Assembly (NCBI GenBank): GCA_022711595.1 | Contig: JAKLET010000014.1 | Location: 60,215-92,214, forward strand | Direction: 5' to 3' | From: Deltaproteobacteria bacterium | Lineage (GTDB): Bacteria; Desulfobacterota; Syntrophorhabdia; Syntrophorhabdales; Syntrophorhabdaceae | Length of the DNA stretch: 32,000 nt | Shown: piece after piece, positions 1-6,872 of the stretch | Position numbering within the stretch: position 1 is the first letter of the stretch | Layout: each line of letters opens with the position of its first letter | The notes under the pieces: model-generated | Told to the model about the DNA's origin: nothing | Seen by the model: only the letters and a program-made list of their open reading frames with translations | The model's database searches: none | Position numbers and translations under genes: made by a program

Positions 1-8
1 AACATCTT

Positions 9-1259
9 TCACCTGGTCGCCAGTGATTGTGAGTGATACCACTGCCGGACGGCGTCAAATTTTTGAATGTATATCTGTGTTTCTGCGGGGACCCCTGATT
101 GCCAGTTCTCTCCATATCTGTCCATGGCCCCTCTGACTCTGCCCGGCCCGCAGTTGTATGCGGAGGCCAGAAACCTCTCAAGCGCGGGAGGATCGTTCAT
201 GAGCTGTTCTTTCCTTGTGTCGCTCAGCACGCGCATATCAGTGTCGAAGAGGAGAAAAGAGGCTTTTGCTGCGTTCTCGTGGTCTTCCATTCCACGGACA
301 AAATCGCCTATCAGGCCCGCCTGCGGATAGAGGTTCGAGATCCTTCTGTAAGTGCTCGGGATGAACTGGAAAAGGCCTCTTGCCCCTGCTTTTGATACCG
401 AAAAGCGGTAGGCTTTGTGCCTGTTGGTCCCCATGATGACGAGCGTCTCGTTGATCAGCTTTTCCACGGTGTATTTCCCGCTCGTGAATTTCATGGGATC
501 GATATGTTCGATGATCGCCAGTACGACGGAGACATCATTTTCTATAAAGCTGCTGCATGAGCGCGGCCTTACCCTTCTTGCGACAAGGTCGTTCTTTGCC
601 TTGCCGATGGTATTTTGCAGGTATTCCAGCCCCGCCTTTCTCACAACGGGAATATCCAGGCCTTCGGAGTACGGGGTATAAATTACTTCCCTGAATGTTG
701 TCCCGTGGCGCACCGGTCTCTTGATCGCCAGAACGACATGGCGCTGCGGGTATATGATGGTGAACTTCGTATTGACGCCGTTGGATTTGCCCGGCTCGAC
801 AATGGCGCCTTGTGTGCGGGCACCGAGTTTTGGATGCACTTTGATGACCTGGATCTCCCTGTTTTTCAAGTTCTCCACGGCGAGAAGGATGGTGAATTCA
901 CCCAGTTCGTTTCTTCCCCATCTGGTAACATTCCTTACTTTTTTCCCTTTTTTCACCTTTACGACCTTTTTCGATCGTACAACCTTGAACCCGCAGCTCA
1001 TTTTATCAAGGAGTTCCCTTGCCCGGGCGATGTCCTCGAAAATATTGAAATTAATAACGTCGTGCGAATCCGACGGGGAGGTGAACTCTATCGACTCCTC
1101 TATGTCCGTTTCATCCACTTCATTGTCTTCGACAGTTTCCGCAAGACATGGCCAGTGAAGGAAAAGAACGAAAAGAAAAGATATGAAAAAAACCAGCAGC
1201 ATCGGCAGGTGCATCTTGTCAGTCAAGGTTTTCAGGGTATTTTCCTTTGAAACGGTCAT
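9..1259 (-). CDS. Secreted or membrane-anchored lytic transglycosylase (SLT-domain) protein
   Basis: 416-aa ORF. AGGAG sits 8 nt upstream of the ATG at 1259. The N-terminus has a hydrophobic signal/anchor (HLPMLLVFFISFLFVLFL). The C-terminus carries SLT-type motifs GLFQFIPSTY and AYNCGPGRV. Confidence 0.6.
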   Translation of the reverse strand: MTVSKENTLKTLTDKMHLPMLLVFFISFLFVLFLHWPCLAETVEDNEVDETDIEESIEFTSPSDSHDVINFNIFEDIARARELLDKMSCGFKVVRSKKVVKVKKGKKVRNVTRWGRNELGEFTILLAVENLKNREIQVIKVHPKLGARTQGAIVEPGKSNGVNTKFTIIYPQRHVVLAIKRPVRHGTTFREVIYTPYSEGLDIPVVRKAGLEYLQNTIGKAKNDLVARRVRPRSCSSFIENDVSVVLAIIEHIDPMKFTSGKYTVEKLINETLVIMGTNRHKAYRFSVSKAGARGLFQFIPSTYRRISNLYPQAGLIGDFVRGMEDHENAAKASFLLFDTDMRVLSDTRKEQLMNDPPALERFLASAYNCGPGRVRGAMDRYGENWQSGVPAETQIYIQKFDAVRQWYHSQSLATR

Positions 1260-1335
1260 TATTATTTCTCCTGCTCCAGAGAACTAATACTATAGACCGG
1301 CACAGGGTTAAAATAAAGGGAATTTTGTTAGAGAC

Positions 1336-1402
1336 CGTAAAGCGTCAGGCGTGAAATGTGAAAGAGACCGTGACAGAGAACGTAAGGAGTAAAGTGTAAG
1401 GA
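1336..1402. repeat. Heptamer-periodic array (CGTNA-type units), left arm, inverted relative to 1571-1632
   Basis: The run cgtaaag cgtcagg cgtgaaa tgtgaaa, followed by cgtaagg agtaaag tgtaagg, shows 7-nt spacing of (C/T)GTNA. Its reverse complement matches the unit type seen at 1571-1632 and 5672-5779. Confidence 0.75.
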
Positions 1403-1570
1403 AAAGACCCTCCCGCCCGTTCGTCGTTGTCACTCCTCTCTCGAGGCCGCAAAGTACGCGGAGGAAGATCGTGCGCCGCATGGACAGAGAATACGATCCA
1501 TACGCCGCGGTCCCGATCCCGCTGTACCTGGGCGTGCGGGATGGAAAAGAAACCTTTGCTAACAAAGCGC

Positions 1571-1632
1571 GCCTTACGGTTCACGTTTCACGGTTTCTAA
1601 AACACCTCACGCTTTACGCCTGACGCTTCACG
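1571..1632. repeat. Heptamer-periodic array (TNACG-type units), right arm
   Basis: The run gccttacg gttcacg tttcacg ... tcacgct ttacgcc tgacgct tcacg has the same unit family as 5672-5779. The segment cacggtttctaaaac resembles cacggtctttagaaac at 5703-5718. Confidence 0.75.
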
Positions 1633-1688
1633 AATGGAATGAGGCAAGTTTTTTGAAAGGAGTTTGGAGAGAGGAACTGAGGGTAAAG

Positions 1689-1706
1689 AAAAAAAAAGGG
1701 GGGGGG
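1689..1706. repeat. Adjacent homopolymer tracts A9 then G9 (C9T9 on the minus strand)
   Basis: Direct count gives a x9 at 1689-1697 and g x9 at 1698-1706. The tracts lie 13 nt downstream of the FabH-like stop codon on the minus strand. Confidence 0.9.
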
Positions 1707-1719
1707 TTGTTCCCGGCGG

Positions 1720-2664
1720 TCATTTTCTCATAAGCATTGCCCCGCTTGAGTAGCCGCCGCCGAAGACGGTCACCACGATGATGTCATCTTTTTTGAATCT
1801 TGCCCGGTTCTGCGAAAGGCAGATAACTGTGCTGGCACAGCCCGTGTTGCCTGTTTCTTCAATAATGGAGACCACCTTGCTGTCGTCCATTCCGAGGGTC
1901 TTTGCAACGCGGCTGATTATGCGCGCGTTGGCCTGATGGGGGACAAGATGGTCAACGTCTTTGGGCTGGAGGCCGTTGCGCTTCAGTATGTCCTTTGCCT
2001 CCGATGCCATGAACTTGGAAGCATTGGCGAAGATGTCCCGCCCGTGGGGCATCTTCAGTCCGCCTTCATTAGGCCGTAAATATACCCCGTCGATGCCCTT
2101 GCCGATATGGCCGAGGCCCGACGTGTGCACGTCGACTATTTCAATATCTTCTTCCGAAAACCGCTCTTTTGAGATGAGGACCGCGCCGGCCCCGTCTCCC
2201 CAAAGATGGCCGGAGTGCTCGTCGGAGTCGTCGGTATAGGCGAAGTTGTGTTCGGAGGCAATGACAAGGGCCTTTTCCGCCTTGTTCAGTGCAAAGTACC
2301 CTTCAACTATCTCAACGGCGTTTATGAACGATGAGCATGCCGTCGTGATGGTCACAGCTCTGGCCGCAGGTATTTCAAAATGGCTCTGGACAGCGTGGGC
2401 AAGCGTTCCAATGGTGTCGTAAGGGGTGTACGTAGCACCGACGATGAGATCGATGTCGGACAGGAGATAAGGCAGGTCGACGGTCAGGGCCCCGACGGCC
2501 TCTATGGCCATGGTATTGGCGTTCTCGCCGCCGCTTGCCTTTGCCCTTTTCTTGATCCCCGATCTCTTGAATATCCATTCATCGGTAAGTCCGTTCAGGC
2601 GTGTGTAATATATATTGCCGATGATTGTTTTGGGCAGATAATGCGATATTGCGTTAATAAACAT
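1720..2664 (-). CDS. 3-oxoacyl-ACP synthase III (KAS III, FabH-like)
   Basis: 314 aa. The KAS III catalytic triad contexts are present: TACSSFINA (Cys), VPHQANARI (His) and TGNTGCAS (Asn). The N-terminus (ISHYLPKTIIGN) is typical of FabH. Confidence 0.85.
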   Translation of the reverse strand: MFINAISHYLPKTIIGNIYYTRLNGLTDEWIFKRSGIKKRAKASGGENANTMAIEAVGALTVDLPYLLSDIDLIVGATYTPYDTIGTLAHAVQSHFEIPAARAVTITTACSSFINAVEIVEGYFALNKAEKALVIASEHNFAYTDDSDEHSGHLWGDGAGAVLISKERFSEEDIEIVDVHTSGLGHIGKGIDGVYLRPNEGGLKMPHGRDIFANASKFMASEAKDILKRNGLQPKDVDHLVPHQANARIISRVAKTLGMDDSKVVSIIEETGNTGCASTVICLSQNRARFKKDDIIVVTVFGGGYSSGAMLMRK

Positions 2665-2696
2665 ACCGTGTCACTTCCAAAATGGTATTTCAATAA

Positions 2697-2717
2697 AGCC
2701 CCCAATGTATGGGGGCT
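2697..2717 (-). terminator. Perfect 8-bp GC-rich hairpin (agccccca / tgggggct, 5-nt loop)
   Basis: The hairpin was read directly. On the minus strand it is followed by TTTATTGAAAT. It lies between the flavoprotein stop (2806) and the FabH-like start (2664). The U-tract is weak. Confidence 0.35.
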
Positions 2718-2730
2718 GGGAAATCAAACA

Positions 2731-2751
2731 ATGCTTCCAATATGGAAGCAT
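2731..2751 (-). terminator. Perfect 9-bp hairpin (atgcttcca / tggaagcat, 3-nt loop) followed by a T-rich tail on the minus strand
   Basis: On the minus strand the hairpin is followed by TGTTTGATTT. On the plus strand no T-run follows, so the polarity matches minus-strand transcription. Confidence 0.45.
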
Positions 2752-2805
2752 CTGAAGGGATAGTGTAGCAGTATCGCTGGAAAATATCCACTATACTTAT
2801 CGAAA

Positions 2806-4398
2806 TTATTGGGATGCCGCTGAAAGTATCCGCAGTTTCTGGTCTTTTGCGCAGAGCAGTTCGCTTGGCCGGGATCCCAGGATCGAAGCCGCCAGGAAAA
2901 GCCCGGATGTCGTTGCCCCGGCCACACCGTGGCCGAGGGTGCTTGCCCCGCAAAGGCAGAGGCCCTCTATTTCCGAGAACTGCCTGAAACTGAAAGGGCC
3001 GATCTGCCCCAGGGTCTTTTCGGTCCCGTAGCAGGCCCCGCAGGTGGAGCCAACGAAGTGATCGTTGGTGAGAGGAGTACTAAGTTCGCTAAAGACCACA
3101 TGGTTGTTTATCCCCGGAATGATGCGTTCAAGCGAACTCATTATGGCCGTTGAGATCTTCTCCTTGAGAGCCCGGTACTCCCGTGGTCTGTTGCCGAACG
3201 TAAAACCGGCATATGCGCTGAATGCCTCGTAGGTGAGAAAGCGTACGACCTCGATGGTATGGAGGCCCTTCGTGAAGCTGCCCGGGTCTTTTATGGTGGT
3301 TATGCCGAAGAAGATGCTCGGAAGCGGGTCGTTGACCGTGTCCGGGTCCTGTGCCCCGGCATAGATCAATTCAAGGTCGCCGTGGGGCGCGTACCAGTAA
3401 TTGCCGGAATCCATACCCATGGATGCAAGGTCAAGGTCCGTTGCCAGAAAGAGGACCACGGCCGCTATCGAATAGCGTGTGCGATCCAGTTTCCGCTTGA
3501 GGCGGGAGCTCAAGTTTTCCCGGCCCACAAGGCGCTCATAGGTGACATGGGGACTGGCGTTTGAGATCACCCGGCTGGCGCGAAGCTCGGCGCCGCCCTC
3601 TATGCGGACACCGATGGCATGCCGCCGGTCGCCTCTGCTTTCAATAAGTATCTTTTCAACCGGTGTCGACAGGCGGATCTCCCCGCCCCTTTTTTGCAGA
3701 CCGGCGATAAATGCCTCCGGAATGGAAGAGCCGCCTCCGGCGGGGTAACAGGCCCCGTTGGTGTAATGTCCTGCCACGGGGGCGTGCATGATGAAAGGGA
3801 TCCTGGAGGGGGGTAATCCATGGTCGCCGCACTGTATCGAGAGGAATGTCCGCAACAGGGGATCGGATGTGTAATAGCGCAGAATGGTTTTAAGACTGCA
3901 CAATCCAAAAAGGCCCATATGCCTGGTCCTGTACGGGATGGTAAGAAATTCCAAAAAGCCCCTGGTTTCGGGGATCAGCGCCATCTCTCTGTTGACAAGG
4001 CCGAGGAGCTCGAAATAACCGCCGATCCCTCTGGCCTGGCGGGGAAACCGCCTGCTGAAGCGTTCCACAATGGCATCCACGCCGGCGGGCAGGTCAAAGG
4101 TCTCATCGCCGATGCGGTAATGTTCGAATCCCTGCGGGTTCATCTCGTAGAAGGTCAGGTCGTTTGCTACGCCGAGCCCTTCGTAGATCTCGCGAAGCGA
4201 ACCGCCCGGGCCAAGCTGGCCGACGTAATGAATGCCGGGGCTGAAACGGAAGCCTCCACGCCGGAAACTGTGGCACAGCCCGCCGGGCACCGTGTGCCGC
4301 TCCAGAACAAGCACGCGCTCCCCCGCCCGGGCCAGGGCCAGGGCTGCGGCAAGCCCCCCGGCGCCGGAGCCTATGACTATTGTATCGGCATCAAGCAT
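2806..4398 (-). CDS. FAD-dependent oxidoreductase, phytoene desaturase (CrtI)-like family
   Basis: 530 aa. The N-terminal dinucleotide-binding motif is IVIGSGAGGLAAALALARAGERVLVLE. Length and internal motifs are typical of the CrtI/amine-oxidase fold. AAGGAG lies 4 nt upstream of the ATG at 4398. Confidence 0.75.
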   Translation of the reverse strand: MLDADTIVIGSGAGGLAAALALARAGERVLVLERHTVPGGLCHSFRRGGFRFSPGIHYVGQLGPGGSLREIYEGLGVANDLTFYEMNPQGFEHYRIGDETFDLPAGVDAIVERFSRRFPRQARGIGGYFELLGLVNREMALIPETRGFLEFLTIPYRTRHMGLFGLCSLKTILRYYTSDPLLRTFLSIQCGDHGLPPSRIPFIMHAPVAGHYTNGACYPAGGGSSIPEAFIAGLQKRGGEIRLSTPVEKILIESRGDRRHAIGVRIEGGAELRASRVISNASPHVTYERLVGRENLSSRLKRKLDRTRYSIAAVVLFLATDLDLASMGMDSGNYWYAPHGDLELIYAGAQDPDTVNDPLPSIFFGITTIKDPGSFTKGLHTIEVVRFLTYEAFSAYAGFTFGNRPREYRALKEKISTAIMSSLERIIPGINNHVVFSELSTPLTNDHFVGSTCGACYGTEKTLGQIGPFSFRQFSEIEGLCLCGASTLGHGVAGATTSGLFLAASILGSRPSELLCAKDQKLRILSAASQ

Positions 4399-4415
4399 GC
4401 TACTCCTTTAAAAAA

Positions 4416-4548
4416 CCGTTTCAGCCGTTTCGGCCGTTAAAGGCCCCGGTTCTTTTTTTGTTTTTCCCGTTGAAACGATTGAAACTGCTGAAACTCTTCT
4501 TTTTTTGTTTTTCCCGTTCAAGCATTCAAGCGGTTCAAGCATTCAAGC
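4416..4548. repeat. Composite intergenic repeat block: CCGTTTCRG x2.5, TGAAAC x3 (9-nt period) and TTCAAGC x4 (8-9-nt period)
   Basis: TGAAAC occurs at 4471, 4480 and 4489. TTCAAGC occurs at 4517, 4525, 4534 and 4542. The array at 4416-4438 is an imperfect inverted copy of 4468-4496 (about 17 of 22 positions). Confidence 0.8.
4451..4518. repeat. Perfect 21-nt direct repeat tctttttttgtttttcccgtt, two copies (4451-4471 and 4498-4518)
   Basis: Read directly. Each copy is immediately followed by a different short-period array. Confidence 0.9.
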
Positions 4549-4568
4549 CGTCTTTATCTTTCCTTTGG

Positions 4569-4597
4569 TTGACATCTCATTATTGAAGTGCTAAGAA
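4569..4597 (+). promoter_or_regulatory. Candidate sigma70-type promoter for the methyltransferase-like gene
   Basis: A consensus -35 TTGACA lies at 4569-4574. After a 17-nt spacer there is a weak -10, TAAGAA, at 4592-4597, about 85 nt upstream of the CDS. Confidence 0.25.
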
Positions 4598-4681
4598 ATA
4601 CCTGAACTTCGGGAAGCCCTGCGTGAGAGGGCGTGTCAGGCCGGGGGGCAGTTCAATTTCCGTTTTTAAGGTTTCCTATCG

Positions 4682-5497
4682 GTGCGAAGATTACACTTGT
4701 TCGAGATGAGTGACGCTAAATGGTGCCCGCCTTCTCTGCGCGGCATCGTTACAGATTATATACAGTTCGGCGTGATGATGTGGAGGATGGATGTCGAGAT
4801 GGCCTCTCTTCTGAGGCTGACATTGGAGCGCCTCGGCGTGAATGAGGTGGTCGATCTGTGTTCCGGCAGCGGAGGGCCCTGGTTTCGCGTGCAGTGGATG
4901 ATGGAGAAGGAGGGATTTCCCGTCAAGGTCTGGCTCACCGATAAATATCCCAACGCGGCGGCGCTCACATTTGCCCGAAACGCATCCGGCGGCAAATTTG
5001 ATTTCTGCTCCGAGCCTGTCGATGCCACCAGGGTTCCTGAAACCCTTGGCGGTTTCAGGACTATTTTTTCGGGTTTCCATCATTTCCGGCCCGGGGAGGC
5101 CCGTGATATCCTTCGGGATGCGGTGGATTGCCAACAGGGGATCGCCATATTCGAGATAACAAAGCGGACGGCGTGGTCAATGCTCAATTTCGCCGCCACA
5201 GCCTTGCTCGTGCCTCTTTGTGTACCTTTATTGAGGCCTTTCCGGTGGTCAAGGCTGTTGTGGACCTACCTGTTCCCTGTCGCAACGCCGGTCATCCTCT
5301 TTGATTCACTGGTGTCCTGCCTGCGAAGTTATTCCATCACCGAAATGAGAGGGATGACGGAAGGTCTTGACGCGAAGGGTTATACGTGGGAGGCCGGGGA
5401 GATCAAGCCGCCTCATTCGCCCGTTCCTATCACGTTCCTGGTGGGATATCCAACAAAAAACAGTTTGAAAGTTTATGAAGCGTTTGAGAGTTTGTAA
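4682..5497 (+). CDS. Putative class I SAM-dependent methyltransferase-like protein with hydrophobic C-terminal segments
   Basis: 271 aa. A glycine-rich motif-I-like sequence VVDLCSGSGGPW is present. Hydrophobic stretches (AWSMLNFAATALLVPLCVPLL, LLWTYLFPVATPVILF) follow it. The start is ambiguous (GTG 4682 or ATG 4706). This is the only plus-strand gene inside the minus-strand block. Confidence 0.4.
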   Translation: MRRLHLFEMSDAKWCPPSLRGIVTDYIQFGVMMWRMDVEMASLLRLTLERLGVNEVVDLCSGSGGPWFRVQWMMEKEGFPVKVWLTDKYPNAAALTFARNASGGKFDFCSEPVDATRVPETLGGFRTIFSGFHHFRPGEARDILRDAVDCQQGIAIFEITKRTAWSMLNFAATALLVPLCVPLLRPFRWSRLLWTYLFPVATPVILFDSLVSCLRSYSITEMRGMTEGLDAKGYTWEAGEIKPPHSPVPITFLVGYPTKNSLKVYEAFESL

Positions 5498-5654
5498 GGC
5501 GTTAAAAAAAAGAAAATCTTTATAAACCGAAGAAACAGAACAAACCATATAAACTGAAAAAACCCAAAAGACAGTTTGAGAGTTTGTGGACCGTTTCAAG
5601 TTAAGAAGGAGCTTTATTCCTTTCTGCTTTCAAACGTTCAAACTTTAAACTTTG

Positions 5655-5799
5655 AAACTGTTTTTAGTGCAGTTTACGCCTTACGCTTCACGCCTTACGC
5701 CTCACGGTCTTTAGAAACGGCTGGAACTGTTTACGCCTTACGCTTCACGCCTTACGCCTCACGGTCTTTAGAAACGGCTTAAACTGTTTTTAGTGCAGT
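5655..5799. repeat. 107-bp repeat-filled segment bounded by a perfect 19-nt direct repeat (aaactgtttttagtgcagt at 5655-5673 and 5781-5799)
   Basis: The two 19-mers are identical when read directly. The right copy contains the stop codon and last two codons of the minus-strand gene 5790-6872. Confidence 0.85.
5672..5779. repeat. Tandem duplication of a 51-nt unit (57-nt period) made of five heptads plus cacggtctttagaaacggct
   Basis: gtttacgccttacgcttcacgccttacgcctcacggtctttagaaacggct occurs at 5672-5722 and again, identical, at 5729-5779. Confidence 0.9.
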
Positions 5800-6872
5800 A
5801 TGACCGAGGCCAGTTCTCCCTCCCCGCCGATCGTGATGCAGTCGATTTTATCGTCGCCCAGGGGCCTCTCCGGCATGTCCGCGCATCCGCCGGCTCCCGG
5901 CGAGGGGAAAACTTTTCCGTTCATTCTTGATATTGCGGCTATGGCGATATCGAACGCCTGGCCTGTTGGGAGGCTCCCGTACAGCGGGGTGTAACAGGTT
6001 GTCGGTACACCGCCGGGAAGATGGTTCTTGTAGTAGCTGCTGAATGTCATGTTCCCGTCGGCGCCAATGAAAAGTCTTGTTCCCTGGGCTGCGCCGATCT
6101 TTCCTTTGCCGCATCTGCCTATCAGGATATCCTCGATGAAGCCGTAGGGCGAGGCTGTTTCCTTCCCTTCGGCGGTGAGCAGGAAGAACACTGCCCCTTC
6201 TCCCGGTATGGCACTCTGCATGTTGAACTCAAGGGGCCTCATTTCGTGAGGGGCAGCCGCTTTCTCGCCGTAGAAACGATGCCAGCAGTAGCCCAGGACA
6301 TCGCAGTATTCATCGACAGTGCCGAACAGGACAGAGTCGACCCGACCCTCTTCAAGCCAGCTTCGCGCCGCGAGAAGAGCCGAAGCGGCGGACATTTCGA
6401 ACTGACTGACTGTTAGTCCGGGACCTGTTATGTCAAGAAGCATGGAGATGCTTGCCGCTGCGGCATTGTGAACGGAGCTGGAGAAGCAGGTCGGTGAGGA
6501 AAAGGAGTCACTCTGGAGCAGGAAGGAATCGAGAAAGTCATAGGTGGTGTGAGCGGCACCATAGCCTGTGGCGACGATGACACCCATCCTGCTGTGGTCT
6601 TCCTCAAGTTTTCCGGCCTCTTTAAGCGCGAGATGCGATCCCAGGAGGGCCATTTTCGAAAAATGATCGATGCGGCGCAGGGCCCTTTTGTTGACGAAAT
6701 CTTCGAGCCTTGATGTGTCAGCGAGATAGACAGGTATTTCAACGGGCCCGCGTGTTGTTTTGACAGCGGCCCTCCCGGGTTCGCACCGGCCGCTGTGAAG
6801 AGCTGACGCCAGAGCGTCCGTTCCGCAGCCGAAACCACCCACTGCACCTATTCCATTGATGGCGATCTTCAT
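5790..6872 (-). CDS. Beta-ketoacyl synthase-like protein lacking the active-site Cys and both His residues (chain-length-factor-like partner)
   Basis: 360 aa. The N-terminus is KS-like (KIAINGIGAVGGFG). The Cys position reads SQFEMSAASAL instead of xACSSx. No HGTGT or GHxxGAAG motifs are present. Its ATG overlaps the upstream KS stop (ATGA). Confidence 0.7.
   Translation of the reverse strand: MKIAINGIGAVGGFGCGTDALASALHSGRCEPGRAAVKTTRGPVEIPVYLADTSRLEDFVNKRALRRIDHFSKMALLGSHLALKEAGKLEEDHSRMGVIVATGYGAAHTTYDFLDSFLLQSDSFSSPTCFSSSVHNAAAASISMLLDITGPGLTVSQFEMSAASALLAARSWLEEGRVDSVLFGTVDEYCDVLGYCWHRFYGEKAAAPHEMRPLEFNMQSAIPGEGAVFFLLTAEGKETASPYGFIEDILIGRCGKGKIGAAQGTRLFIGADGNMTFSSYYKNHLPGGVPTTCYTPLYGSLPTGQAFDIAIAAISRMNGKVFPSPGAGGCADMPERPLGDDKIDCITIGGEGELASVILH

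Noticed and set aside
1403-1570. Riboswitch upstream of the lytic transglycosylase gene, for example the c-di-AMP/ydaO class that often controls cell-wall hydrolases
   Set aside because: I could not find the conserved ydaO, c-di-GMP or cobalamin riboswitch core sequences by eye. The region is kept only as an unexplained structured element to be tested with Rfam.
1308-1584. Two overlapping minus-strand ORFs (85 and 79 aa) in the gap between the transglycosylase and FabH-like genes
   Set aside because: Both run through the heptad arrays and the GC-rich core. They have Arg/Ser-rich low-complexity composition, no RBS and mutually exclusive frames. The region is better described as non-coding repeat plus core.
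5604-5609. Strong Shine-Dalgarno-like AAGGAG on the plus strand in the spacer after the methyltransferase-like gene
   Set aside because: No ATG, GTG or TTG start lies at a suitable distance downstream, and no ORF of meaningful length follows.
5672-5779. Possible CRISPR array
   Set aside because: There are only two repeat copies, separated by 6 nt, so nothing could serve as a spacer. No cas genes are present in the window.
5576-5782. 68-aa ORF encoding a duplicated peptide (VYALRFTPYASRSLETA twice)
   Set aside because: The internal repeat is simply the 57-nt (19-codon) tandem DNA duplication read in frame. The underlying period is 7 nt, which is non-coding. There is no ATG start and no RBS at an appropriate distance.
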